From Blastocatellia bacterium (GTDB lineage: Bacteria; Acidobacteriota; Blastocatellia; UBA7656), in NCBI GenBank assembly GCA_963765495.1, contig CAVXWP010000008.1, positions 704,001 through 768,000 of the forward strand: a DNA stretch of 64,000 nucleotides, written 5' to 3'. The notes beneath the pieces are model-generated. The model did no database searches and was not told where the DNA came from. It saw only the letters and a list, made by a program, of their open reading frames with translations. Position numbers and translations under genes: made by a program. Shown here in pieces: positions 9,196 through 17,350 of the stretch; the stretch's first letter is position 1, and every line of letters starts with the position of its first letter.

Positions 9196-10239
9196 ATGCA
9201 GTCACTTATTTTGGCGGGCGGAAAAGGCACGCGCCTCAGACCGCTCACAATGCATACCCCAAAGCCGATAGTGCCCATTGCCAATCACCCTTTCCTGCAA
9301 TACCAGTTGGAATTGCTCAGGCGGGCTGACATACGCGACGTTATACTGTCGCTCTCGTATCAACCACAGAAGATCGAAGACAAATTTACCGACGGCACCG
9401 ACCACAACGTGAGGATAAGCTACACGGTTGAGGCTTCTCCGTTAGGCACGGCAGGAGCTTACCGCAACGCGGCCGGGTTGATACGCGAGACCACTGTCGT
9501 CTTTAACGGCGATGTGCTCACTGACATAGACCTCAGCGATGTGATCAAGTACCACAGGGAGCGCAATGCTGTGGCCACTATTGTTCTGACGCCTGTCGCA
9601 AATCCCACGGCTTATGGGCTGGTCGAAACCAGGGAAGATGGACGGGTGCAGCGCTTTCTTGAAAAGCCGTCTCCCGATGAAGTGACCTGTGACACGATCA
9701 ATGCGGGGATTTACGTGCTCGAACCGGGAGTGCTCGACCTTATACCTGAAGGCGAGCAATTTATGTTCGAATATGGTGTCTTCCCCAGGCTTCTTGAAAA
9801 GGGCGATCCCTTCTTTGGCTATATATGGCGCGGTTATTGGAGAGATATAGGGACATCAGCAAGTTATCTCCAGGCGAATCTCGATGTGATCAATGGCCGC
9901 ATCAATCTGCTTGATTCGCTTGGCGGCACTCGCGGCGAGAAATTTGACGAAACGGCTGAAATTGATTCGATCTCGGTCGTTGATCCAAGCTGCACAGTAA
10001 AGGCGGGCGCTCAAATCATCAACTCGGTGATAAGCCGCAATTGTTATATCGAAGAGCGCGCGCGAATCGAAAACTCGGTCGTCCGAGGAGGCACCCGAAT
10101 TGGCCAGGGCGCTACGGTAACAGATGCGATTGTGGGAAAAAGCTGTCACATCGGGCGGGTGGTCACAGTAGCAAGCAGAGCCGTTCTCGGAGATAAATCG
10201 GTTCTCACCGATTACAGCCAAATTGGCGACGCACAGTAG
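9196..10239 (+). CDS. NDP-sugar pyrophosphorylase (mannose-1-phosphate guanylyltransferase family) with left-handed beta-helix
   Basis: LAGGKGTRLRPLT, PKP, PLGTAG, NGD, FLEKP, INAGIY, YWRDIG and a hexapeptide-repeat C-terminus. Confidence 0.92.
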   Translation: MQSLILAGGKGTRLRPLTMHTPKPIVPIANHPFLQYQLELLRRADIRDVILSLSYQPQKIEDKFTDGTDHNVRISYTVEASPLGTAGAYRNAAGLIRETTVVFNGDVLTDIDLSDVIKYHRERNAVATIVLTPVANPTAYGLVETREDGRVQRFLEKPSPDEVTCDTINAGIYVLEPGVLDLIPEGEQFMFEYGVFPRLLEKGDPFFGYIWRGYWRDIGTSASYLQANLDVINGRINLLDSLGGTRGEKFDETAEIDSISVVDPSCTVKAGAQIINSVISRNCYIEERARIENSVVRGGTRIGQGATVTDAIVGKSCHIGRVVTVASRAVLGDKSVLTDYSQIGDAQ

Positions 10240-10286
10240 ACTGAACCCGACAGGTGACTGGTGACAGGTTAGAGGGAGTAAGGCCG

Positions 10287-11384
10287 ATGGATGACAAAAC
10301 CCTGTCGCCTGGACGTATCCTTATTCGAGTGCCAAACTGGGTAGGCGATGCGGTAATGGCTGTTCCCGCATTGAGAGAATTTCGCCGCATCTTTGCTTCT
10401 TCACGAATCACGCTTCTCGCAAGACCCTGGGTGGCCGGGCTGTTCGATGGCGAAGCCCTCTCAGATGATGTCGTCATTATTGAAGACGCGCGAGGCTTCA
10501 AAAGAAGCGCAAGGCAATTCCTGAGCACAGCCCGACGACTCCGCCGGGAACGATACGACCTTGCCATACTCCTTCAAAACGCATTTGGCGCGGCACTGCT
10601 CGCACGCGCTGCCGGAGCACGCACCATCGCGGGTTATCCAACCGATGGGCGGCGGGCGTTGCTTGATCACATCATTCAATTCGATCCTGAGTACAAGTCT
10701 AAACATCAGGTCTGCTACTACCTGAATATCGCATCACAACTTGAAGAGAAGCTCTTTGGCGCAAGCCGCATTGAATGTAAAAACGCAAATCCCAATCTGA
10801 TCGTTACCGAAGAACAAAAGCGGCGGGCGCGTACAAAAATCAAAGGGCAGGCCATTGGTGCGGGATGGCCTGAACCGCCCGCGCCTTTAAGGATTGTTGT
10901 CATAAATCCGGGCGCGACAAACAGCCGCGCAAAGCAGTGGCCGGCTGAGAGGTTTGCCGAAGCGGCTGACAATCTTTATGAACGGGACGGCTTTCAAGCG
11001 GTGATAGTCGGAGCGGGCCGAGATGTCGAAGTCGCCGAAAAAGTGAGGCGGCTTATGCGCTCAAAGGCCGCGCAACTCGCGGGTCAAACAGAGATTTCGG
11101 AACTCAAAGCCGTACTTGCCTGCGCTTCTCTTGTGATTTCGAATGATACCGGAACGGCTCACGTCTCTGCCGCGCTCGGCATCCCTACAGTCGTAGTCTT
11201 CGGGCCAACCGAACATATCTCTACACGCCCCCTCTCCGATACATCTGTCGTGGTTCGCCACGATGTCGAGTGCTCGCCCTGCATGCTCCGAGATTGCCCC
11301 ATAGACCATAGATGCATGACCGGCGTGCAGGTGAGCGATGTTTATCGCGCGGCTCAAAGCCTGCTTGCAAGCGCCGCGAGATAG
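10287..11384 (+). CDS. waaF: LPS heptosyltransferase II (GT9)
   Basis: PNWVGDAVM, INPGA...AKQWP, ISNDTG..H, FGPT, CSPC..RDCPIDHRCM. Confidence 0.9.
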   Translation: MDDKTLSPGRILIRVPNWVGDAVMAVPALREFRRIFASSRITLLARPWVAGLFDGEALSDDVVIIEDARGFKRSARQFLSTARRLRRERYDLAILLQNAFGAALLARAAGARTIAGYPTDGRRALLDHIIQFDPEYKSKHQVCYYLNIASQLEEKLFGASRIECKNANPNLIVTEEQKRRARTKIKGQAIGAGWPEPPAPLRIVVINPGATNSRAKQWPAERFAEAADNLYERDGFQAVIVGAGRDVEVAEKVRRLMRSKAAQLAGQTEISELKAVLACASLVISNDTGTAHVSAALGIPTVVVFGPTEHISTRPLSDTSVVVRHDVECSPCMLRDCPIDHRCMTGVQVSDVYRAAQSLLASAAR

Positions 11385-11420
11385 ACGGGACCAGTGAAAT
11401 CAAATTGATTTGGAAAGTTC

Positions 11421-14400
11421 TCAATCAAACAGCGCATCATAAATAGCGCGTATCGTTGCGGTGTGGTTTGAGTACTCCGCCTCAAGCCGGGCAATCGAAT
11501 CCACATCAAGGGCGCGAGCAATGTCTCGCATCGCAGTGTTTGAATCCGGGAACACAGGTCCGGGACGTTCAAGCAACAGTCTAATCCAGTGATCTATTTT
11601 TCTGAGGAATGAATAGCCTTCAACGAGAACACTTGAAGATTCCAGATCGAGCGAGCCTACCTCTCCAAGGTGGGCTATTAATCGGGTTGTGCCGCGCTCT
11701 GTGGGATAAGAGATTCGGTCGCGGAGTTGCAAATACCTAGTTATAAAATAGACATCCGTCATTCCCCCCCGGCCCCACTTGATGTTTCGCGGGTTTGAAC
11801 TGGCCTTCTCTTTTTCGAGCCGTGCCCTCATCAACGAGAGTTCTTCTTTTAATGAGTCATAGCGCGATGCGCTATTAAAAATGGCCTCACAGATCGAGGT
11901 CCGCGCTCGCCGGCCGAACTCTGGATTACCAGCCGCCTCTCGCACTTTCAAGTAGGCGGAAAGTTCCCAGGCAGAGGCTCGCTCCGAAAGGTACAAGATC
12001 AGGCTGCTCAACCCTTGAGCCAGAGGACCGCTTTTCCCATCCGGTCTTAGCCTCAAGTCCACCCGATACAAAAACCCTTCGCGTGTAACCGTTGAAAGAA
12101 TTCTGACGAGATGTGTAGTCAGGTCCGCAAAAAACTCCTGTGGCGAGCCAAAGACTGACGCCGAGCGTTTCTCATCAACGCCTTCGATGCGGGGCGGCCA
12201 CTCGGCCTGATCATCATAGACTATGAGAAGATCCATATCCGAGCCGTGGTCCATACCGCTGTGACCGAGCCTGCCAAGCGCGAGGATCGCAAAAGGCAAT
12301 TTCGAAGTATCCGCCCCAAATATGCCAAGCGATTTGAGCGCAATCTCCGTAGCGATATGTAGAGTCGCTTCAGCCAGCGCCGTCTGTTCCAGATTGCTTT
12401 CGCGCAGGCGGACCAGATAAGGGGCCGGGGGTCGGGGGTAGGGGGCCGGGGTGAAACCGGGCGTGATGAACTTTTCATTCGAATCAGAATTTGAGATAGA
12501 AGCGGAATTAACAAGGTCGTGGCCTGAATCCGAACCGGCCCCCGGCCCCCGGCCCCTGGCCCCCATCATATCTCGGCTGCCAATTTCGATGACCTGCCGA
12601 TGCCAGCTCCGACGCAGGGCATCGGCCTCAGAACCCGGATTTTCCGAGCCTAAGACAGATGCTTTCATTATCTCGAAAAACCCTTTTGTCGTTAGCGTCT
12701 TCTTCTCTTCTACCAATACAGACGCGAGGGAGGGGCGTGAAATCATCAGGTGCGACAGATAGGGGCTACTCAGGAGGGAGAGCAATTTTTCGAGGAATGT
12801 CGTAGAGTGCGAGTAAGAAAAGATCCATCCGGCAGCTTCTGCATAATCACGTTCATAGGTTGCAAGTGATCCCGCCCAGAATTCGAGGTTGCGTAGCGAC
12901 CGCGCTGGATTTATCGCCAGCTGTAGGGCTGACATTATCATCTCTTTTATGGAATCCCGGGGGGCGGCCCGATGTCGAGCATTCTTACCATTAGCAGAGT
13001 CGAATGCGTCAACTATATTGCCGAGAGTCTTTGAGGCGTGGTTTATGAGCCTGCCGGTTTCATCACCCAGCCTGCTCTCTTTTGCCTCTTGCACGGCGAC
13101 AGGTTGAGGTTCGCTTTCCCCGGAGTTTTCACCAAGGACTCGATCAAAGATGGCGCGTACTGAGGCCGTATGCGCTCTCAAGTCTTTTAAGAAACTCGCT
13201 CCCGGGTCGGGTTCGTTCAAATATCCACATCTACGAGCTACGAGATCAAGACGCTCGCGCCCTACGGGCAGCCTGTGCGTCTGCGCCCCGTGCTCCATCT
13301 GCAATCGATGTTCAACAGTCCTTAGAAAAGAGTAGGCCGATGAGAGACTCGAACGCTCCGATTCGGAGATATAGTTTTTTTCGGCGAGACGGGCCAGAAC
13401 TATCAGGGTTTGCGCCGAACGCACCCAGGGCTCGCGCCCTCCGTGAAGGAGTTGGAGCGCCTGTGCGATGAACTCTATCTCTCTTATCCCTCCGCGCCCA
13501 AGCTTGACATTATATCCTCCGGCTCGCTGAGCCTCTTGACGGTCTATCTTTTCCTTTGCCCTTCTGACATTTCGCAAGGCATCGGGCAGCGCCTTTATTT
13601 TGAAAACATCATCACGGACAAGATCGAGGAATTCGGTTACCACCCGTTCATTTCCCGCCGAGGCGCGCGCGCGGATTAGAGCCTGCCGTTCCCAGCCCTG
13701 AGCCTTATTGCGATAATACTCCGCCGCCTGTTTGATCTCCCATACCAGATCGCCATCACGGCCGTAGGGCCGCAGCCTCAAATCAATTCGGTAAACCGGC
13801 CCCTCCCCGGCATTGCTGCCTATCATCTGAACTACTCTCTCGGCCAGGCTTGTAAAAAACTCTCTGTTGTTTACCACGGAGTCGGGACGTCTGCCGTCTC
13901 CAGCCGTTTCGCCCGCGCCAAGAAAGAGAAAAAACAGGTCAATGTCGGAAGCGTAGTTCAGTTCGCGGCAGCCGAGTTTGCCAAGCGCCACGATAGCGAA
14001 TTCCGCTGGAACGATACGACCGCGCTCATCGCGCGTGGATGGAGCGCCAAAAAGATTTGCGGAATCCTGATAAGCCAGCCCAAGCGAATGGTCGAGTATT
14101 ACATCTGCAAGGTTGGATAGCTCTTCGGTGACCTCAGTAAGGGTGGCGATCCCAAGACAGTCGCGGAGATATATCCTTAATAGCTCCCTCTGCTTAAAGA
14201 GGGCAAGACGAGTGCGGGGGTTGCTCTCAAGGCTTCGCGTGACGAAGCGGGCAAGTTCTTCGGATAACTGCTCATTGGATTTCACCTTATCAAGGTCGCG
14301 TTCGGCCTCGCGCTTGAGCCAGCCTATGTCATCGGGATGGCGTAAGAGGTGCTCGGCAAGAAAAGGGCTATAAGATGCTATCGTGAGCAGGCGCGACAGC

Positions 14401-14537
14401 AGTAGGGGTTCACGCCGGTATCGCCTTGCGCGCTCGGGCCACTGGCTCTCCATTCGGCTTAAGAAGGTAACAGCGCCATCGGGATCAGGAAGCGTTCGAA
14501 CGAATGTATCAATGTCATTGGGTTCCGACTTTGACAT
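11421..14537 (-). CDS. glnE: Bifunctional glutamine synthetase adenylyltransferase/adenylyl-removing enzyme
   Basis: Two nucleotidyltransferase domains (LGKLG..ELNYASDIDL and LGRLG..GMDHGSDMDL), two DLRLRP motifs, GGIREIEF. Confidence 0.9.
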   Translation of the reverse strand: MSKSEPNDIDTFVRTLPDPDGAVTFLSRMESQWPERARRYRREPLLLSRLLTIASYSPFLAEHLLRHPDDIGWLKREAERDLDKVKSNEQLSEELARFVTRSLESNPRTRLALFKQRELLRIYLRDCLGIATLTEVTEELSNLADVILDHSLGLAYQDSANLFGAPSTRDERGRIVPAEFAIVALGKLGCRELNYASDIDLFFLFLGAGETAGDGRRPDSVVNNREFFTSLAERVVQMIGSNAGEGPVYRIDLRLRPYGRDGDLVWEIKQAAEYYRNKAQGWERQALIRARASAGNERVVTEFLDLVRDDVFKIKALPDALRNVRRAKEKIDRQEAQRAGGYNVKLGRGGIREIEFIAQALQLLHGGREPWVRSAQTLIVLARLAEKNYISESERSSLSSAYSFLRTVEHRLQMEHGAQTHRLPVGRERLDLVARRCGYLNEPDPGASFLKDLRAHTASVRAIFDRVLGENSGESEPQPVAVQEAKESRLGDETGRLINHASKTLGNIVDAFDSANGKNARHRAAPRDSIKEMIMSALQLAINPARSLRNLEFWAGSLATYERDYAEAAGWIFSYSHSTTFLEKLLSLLSSPYLSHLMISRPSLASVLVEEKKTLTTKGFFEIMKASVLGSENPGSEADALRRSWHRQVIEIGSRDMMGARGRGPGAGSDSGHDLVNSASISNSDSNEKFITPGFTPAPYPRPPAPYLVRLRESNLEQTALAEATLHIATEIALKSLGIFGADTSKLPFAILALGRLGHSGMDHGSDMDLLIVYDDQAEWPPRIEGVDEKRSASVFGSPQEFFADLTTHLVRILSTVTREGFLYRVDLRLRPDGKSGPLAQGLSSLILYLSERASAWELSAYLKVREAAGNPEFGRRARTSICEAIFNSASRYDSLKEELSLMRARLEKEKASSNPRNIKWGRGGMTDVYFITRYLQLRDRISYPTERGTTRLIAHLGEVGSLDLESSSVLVEGYSFLRKIDHWIRLLLERPGPVFPDSNTAMRDIARALDVDSIARLEAEYSNHTATIRAIYDALFD
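12421..12564. repeat. G-rich/C-rich heptamer palindromic element inserted in frame in glnE
   Basis: GGGGCCGGGGGTCGGGGGTAGGGGGCCGGGG ... CCGGCCCCCGGCCCCCGGCCCCTGGCCCCC. The same family occurs intergenically at 61068-61148. Confidence 0.75.
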
Positions 14538-14765
14538 CCTGCCCCTACTCTAGCATACACAGTAGCGGGCTGCGACCACCGAGAGCACAGCGTGCTGGTT
14601 CTGGCCCGATAATCTTCTTTTTTGGATAAAATTCGCAATACGGGTGCATTGCGACAAGCGGGCCGGATATCTTTAATCGAAGTAATATTTTAAGTTTTCG
14701 TTACAGTGCAGGTGCATACTTGCTTTTTCCTCGTATCTAACTGTATCATTAAAAGCTTGCCAGAC

Positions 14766-14790
14766 AAGTGGGTTTGCGCCCACTTTTTTT
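14766..14790 (+). promoter_or_regulatory. rimP leader hairpin with U-tract (attenuator-like)
   Basis: AAGTGGG-TTTGCG-CCCACTT followed by Ts, 10 nt upstream of the rimP ATG. Resembles the GTGGG..CCCAC leader described upstream of rimP in other bacteria. Confidence 0.7.
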
Positions 14791-14800
14791 CTTAGCGAGC

Positions 14801-15262
14801 ATGATTGATTTGGATCGAGAAGCAATTGGTAAATTGATTGAGCGTGTAACGGATCGCGAGGGACTCGAACTGGTTCACTGGGAAACGGTTGGTCCGCGCA
14901 ACAATTTTGTTTTGCGCATTTATATCGATAAACCGGGCGGCGTGAATCACGGAGATTGCGAAACGGTAAGCCATCAGGTAGGCACACTGCTCGACGTTGA
15001 AGACTTGATTCCGCACAGGTACCTGCTTGAAGTCTCTTCTCCGGGTATCGAGCGGGGCCTCTACAAACGCGCCGATTACGAGCGATTCGCCGGGAGCCGC
15101 ATCAGGCTCACAGCGGCCGAACCTATTGACGGTCAGCGAAAGTTTCGCGGGCTGCTCAAGGGAATAGACCAGGATTTGGTCACACTTGAACTTGAAGGCA
15201 CAAGATTAGTCGAAATACCTTACGAGAAGATCGTAAAGGCAAATATCGAATTTGAATTCTAG
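14801..15262 (+). CDS. rimP: Ribosome maturation factor RimP
   Basis: LRIYIDKPGGV..DC, YLLEVSSPGIER. First gene of the rimP-nusA-infB-rbfA operon. Confidence 0.96.
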   Translation: MIDLDREAIGKLIERVTDREGLELVHWETVGPRNNFVLRIYIDKPGGVNHGDCETVSHQVGTLLDVEDLIPHRYLLEVSSPGIERGLYKRADYERFAGSRIRLTAAEPIDGQRKFRGLLKGIDQDLVTLELEGTRLVEIPYEKIVKANIEFEF

Positions 15263-15319
15263 TATGGATTTGAGATTTCAGATCTCAATTTTTGAGATTG
15301 ATTCGGAGCTAAAGAGCAT

Positions 15320-17227
15320 ATGTCCACGAGTCCGATTCCACAGACTATCGAGATTTTGAGTCGCGAGAAGAATATTGACCCAAACGTTATAATCTCGGCC
15401 ATCGAGGATGCGGTTGTTACTGCTGCTCGCAAGCAGTTCAAATCTACCGAAGACCTGAGAGCGCGCTATAACCCCGAAAACGGGGATGTAGAGCTATTCG
15501 CCCTGATGACGGTTGTGGATGAGGTCCAGGACCCCGCCCTTGAGATCAGTCTCGCAGATGTCGAAGAGATGGGTGTAGAGGGCGCAGAGGTAGGCGACCA
15601 GCTGGAATTCCCCAAGCCTCGCGAAGAACTGGGCCGCATCGCCGCTCAGACCGCAAAGCAGATAATATTTCAGAAGGTCCGCGAGGCCGAACGGAACAAT
15701 GTATACGACGAATATATCGGACGCCTCGGCGAACTTGTTCACGGATTTATAAAGCGGTTCGAGGGCGGACGCATCATCGTTGATCTCGGCAAAATCGAAG
15801 CGGTGCTGCCAAAGATGCAACAATCGCGCGCAGAAGGGTTCAGCCAGGGCGAACGGGTCCGCGTGGTTATAAACACGGTTTCAAAGGAGACAAAAGGCCC
15901 CCAGGTTGAGGTGTCGCGCACTTCCCCCGAATTGCTCAAACGGCTCTTCGAGATGGAAGTCCCGGAAATCTACGACGGCACGGTACAGATCAAGGCGGCG
16001 GTTCGTGAACCGGGCGACCGGGCGAAGATTGCCGTCATTTCTACCGAGCGCGATGTCGATCCCGTAGGCGCGTGCGTGGGAATGAAGGGCTCGCGCGTAC
16101 AGGCTATAATTCGCGAACTGCGCGGCGAGCGCATCGATATTATCGAATGGAGCGAAGACCCGGCCGTCTTTGCGGCAAACGCTCTTTCGCCCGCCAAGGT
16201 TTCAAAGGTAGAAATCAACAGCTTTGAAGAGAAGAAGCTGACCGTGACAGTACCCGAAGATCAGCTTTCGCTCGCGATAGGCAAGAAGGGGCAAAACGTA
16301 CGACTCGCGGCGAAACTGGTAGGCTGGCATATAGACATCCGCAGCGCCGAAGAAGCGGCACGCGCCGCCGCAGCGCAACTTGAAGCGGTGATGGCCGGTG
16401 GCGAAGCCACTCTGACCGACATCCGTGAGAGTCTCGCGCTCGATCAGATCACGGCGGAGCGGTTGAAAGATCGCGGCATCGAAACGATTGAACAGCTTTC
16501 AACCATAACGGTTGACGAACTCGTTGAAGCGATAGATGTCAGTTTCGATCAGGCAAACGAGATACTTGAAAGAGCGCAGCGAGTGCTTGCTCAAAAACAT
16601 ATGCGCGAGGTTCAGGCAGCGCGCGATGCAGAACAGACTCCCGCCGCCTCGCCCGAAGAAGAATCCGTCGAACAGTCTACCGACGAACAGGCTACCGAGG
16701 CCGGTGAGGTCGAAGAGGAAAAATATACGACTAACCCGCTTGAGATGCCCGAAGAGGCCGAGGGCGAAGACATTTCGGGCGATGACTCCTCTGAGCCGGA
16801 GCCGATGCGCGCCGATACCTCCGCTGTACCGGATTTTGATACGATGAGTCCAAGCGAGGCCCAGATTCAGGAGCTTGCGGCAGGGGAACCCACCGAGGAT
16901 ACCGAGGTGGTTGAGGAAGCGTTTGAGCCGATGCCAGTCAGCGGCCTTGAAGCACAGGCCCCCGGCGCGGAAGTCATTCCCGACCGCGACGCGTCAATAG
17001 ATGAAGTTGCCATCTCGTCAGGCGAAACGGAATCCGTCGAAGAAAATGGCGGTGAGATAAAAGAAGCACAGGAAAGCAACACGACAGAAAGCGAAGAAAG
17101 CCCGTCGGAGGCAGCCGAAGCTGAGACGGGGCAGGAAGAGACAGATCAGTTGCCGCCGGAAGTTTTTGGTGGTGTTGATTCGGAGTCAAAGGGAGAGGAA
17201 GAAGATGAAGGCAAGGAGCAGGAGTAA
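15320..17227 (+). CDS. nusA: Transcription termination/antitermination factor NusA with a long acidic C-terminal tail
   Basis: GRIAAQTAKQ, S1 domain, KH motifs (DPVGACVGMKGSRV, AIGKKGQNVRLAAKL). Confidence 0.97.
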   Translation: MSTSPIPQTIEILSREKNIDPNVIISAIEDAVVTAARKQFKSTEDLRARYNPENGDVELFALMTVVDEVQDPALEISLADVEEMGVEGAEVGDQLEFPKPREELGRIAAQTAKQIIFQKVREAERNNVYDEYIGRLGELVHGFIKRFEGGRIIVDLGKIEAVLPKMQQSRAEGFSQGERVRVVINTVSKETKGPQVEVSRTSPELLKRLFEMEVPEIYDGTVQIKAAVREPGDRAKIAVISTERDVDPVGACVGMKGSRVQAIIRELRGERIDIIEWSEDPAVFAANALSPAKVSKVEINSFEEKKLTVTVPEDQLSLAIGKKGQNVRLAAKLVGWHIDIRSAEEAARAAAAQLEAVMAGGEATLTDIRESLALDQITAERLKDRGIETIEQLSTITVDELVEAIDVSFDQANEILERAQRVLAQKHMREVQAARDAEQTPAASPEEESVEQSTDEQATEAGEVEEEKYTTNPLEMPEEAEGEDISGDDSSEPEPMRADTSAVPDFDTMSPSEAQIQELAAGEPTEDTEVVEEAFEPMPVSGLEAQAPGAEVIPDRDASIDEVAISSGETESVEENGGEIKEAQESNTTESEESPSEAAEAETGQEETDQLPPEVFGGVDSESKGEEEDEGKEQE

Positions 17228-17318
17228 GTGATTCGCGATATGTGATGCGTGATTAAGAGATAAGCTTTTGCAGATTAACGGCTAATTCCTCTCACTCACG
17301 CATCAGTCTTCACGAATC
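17228..17318. repeat. Degenerate heptamer-repeat inverted element between nusA and infB
   Basis: GTGATTCGCGATATGTGATGCGTGA ... TCACTCACGCATCAGTCTTCACGAATC. Confidence 0.65.
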
Positions 17319-17350
17319 AATAAGGTCTGCTTCGGGCATTCGGATTAAAT

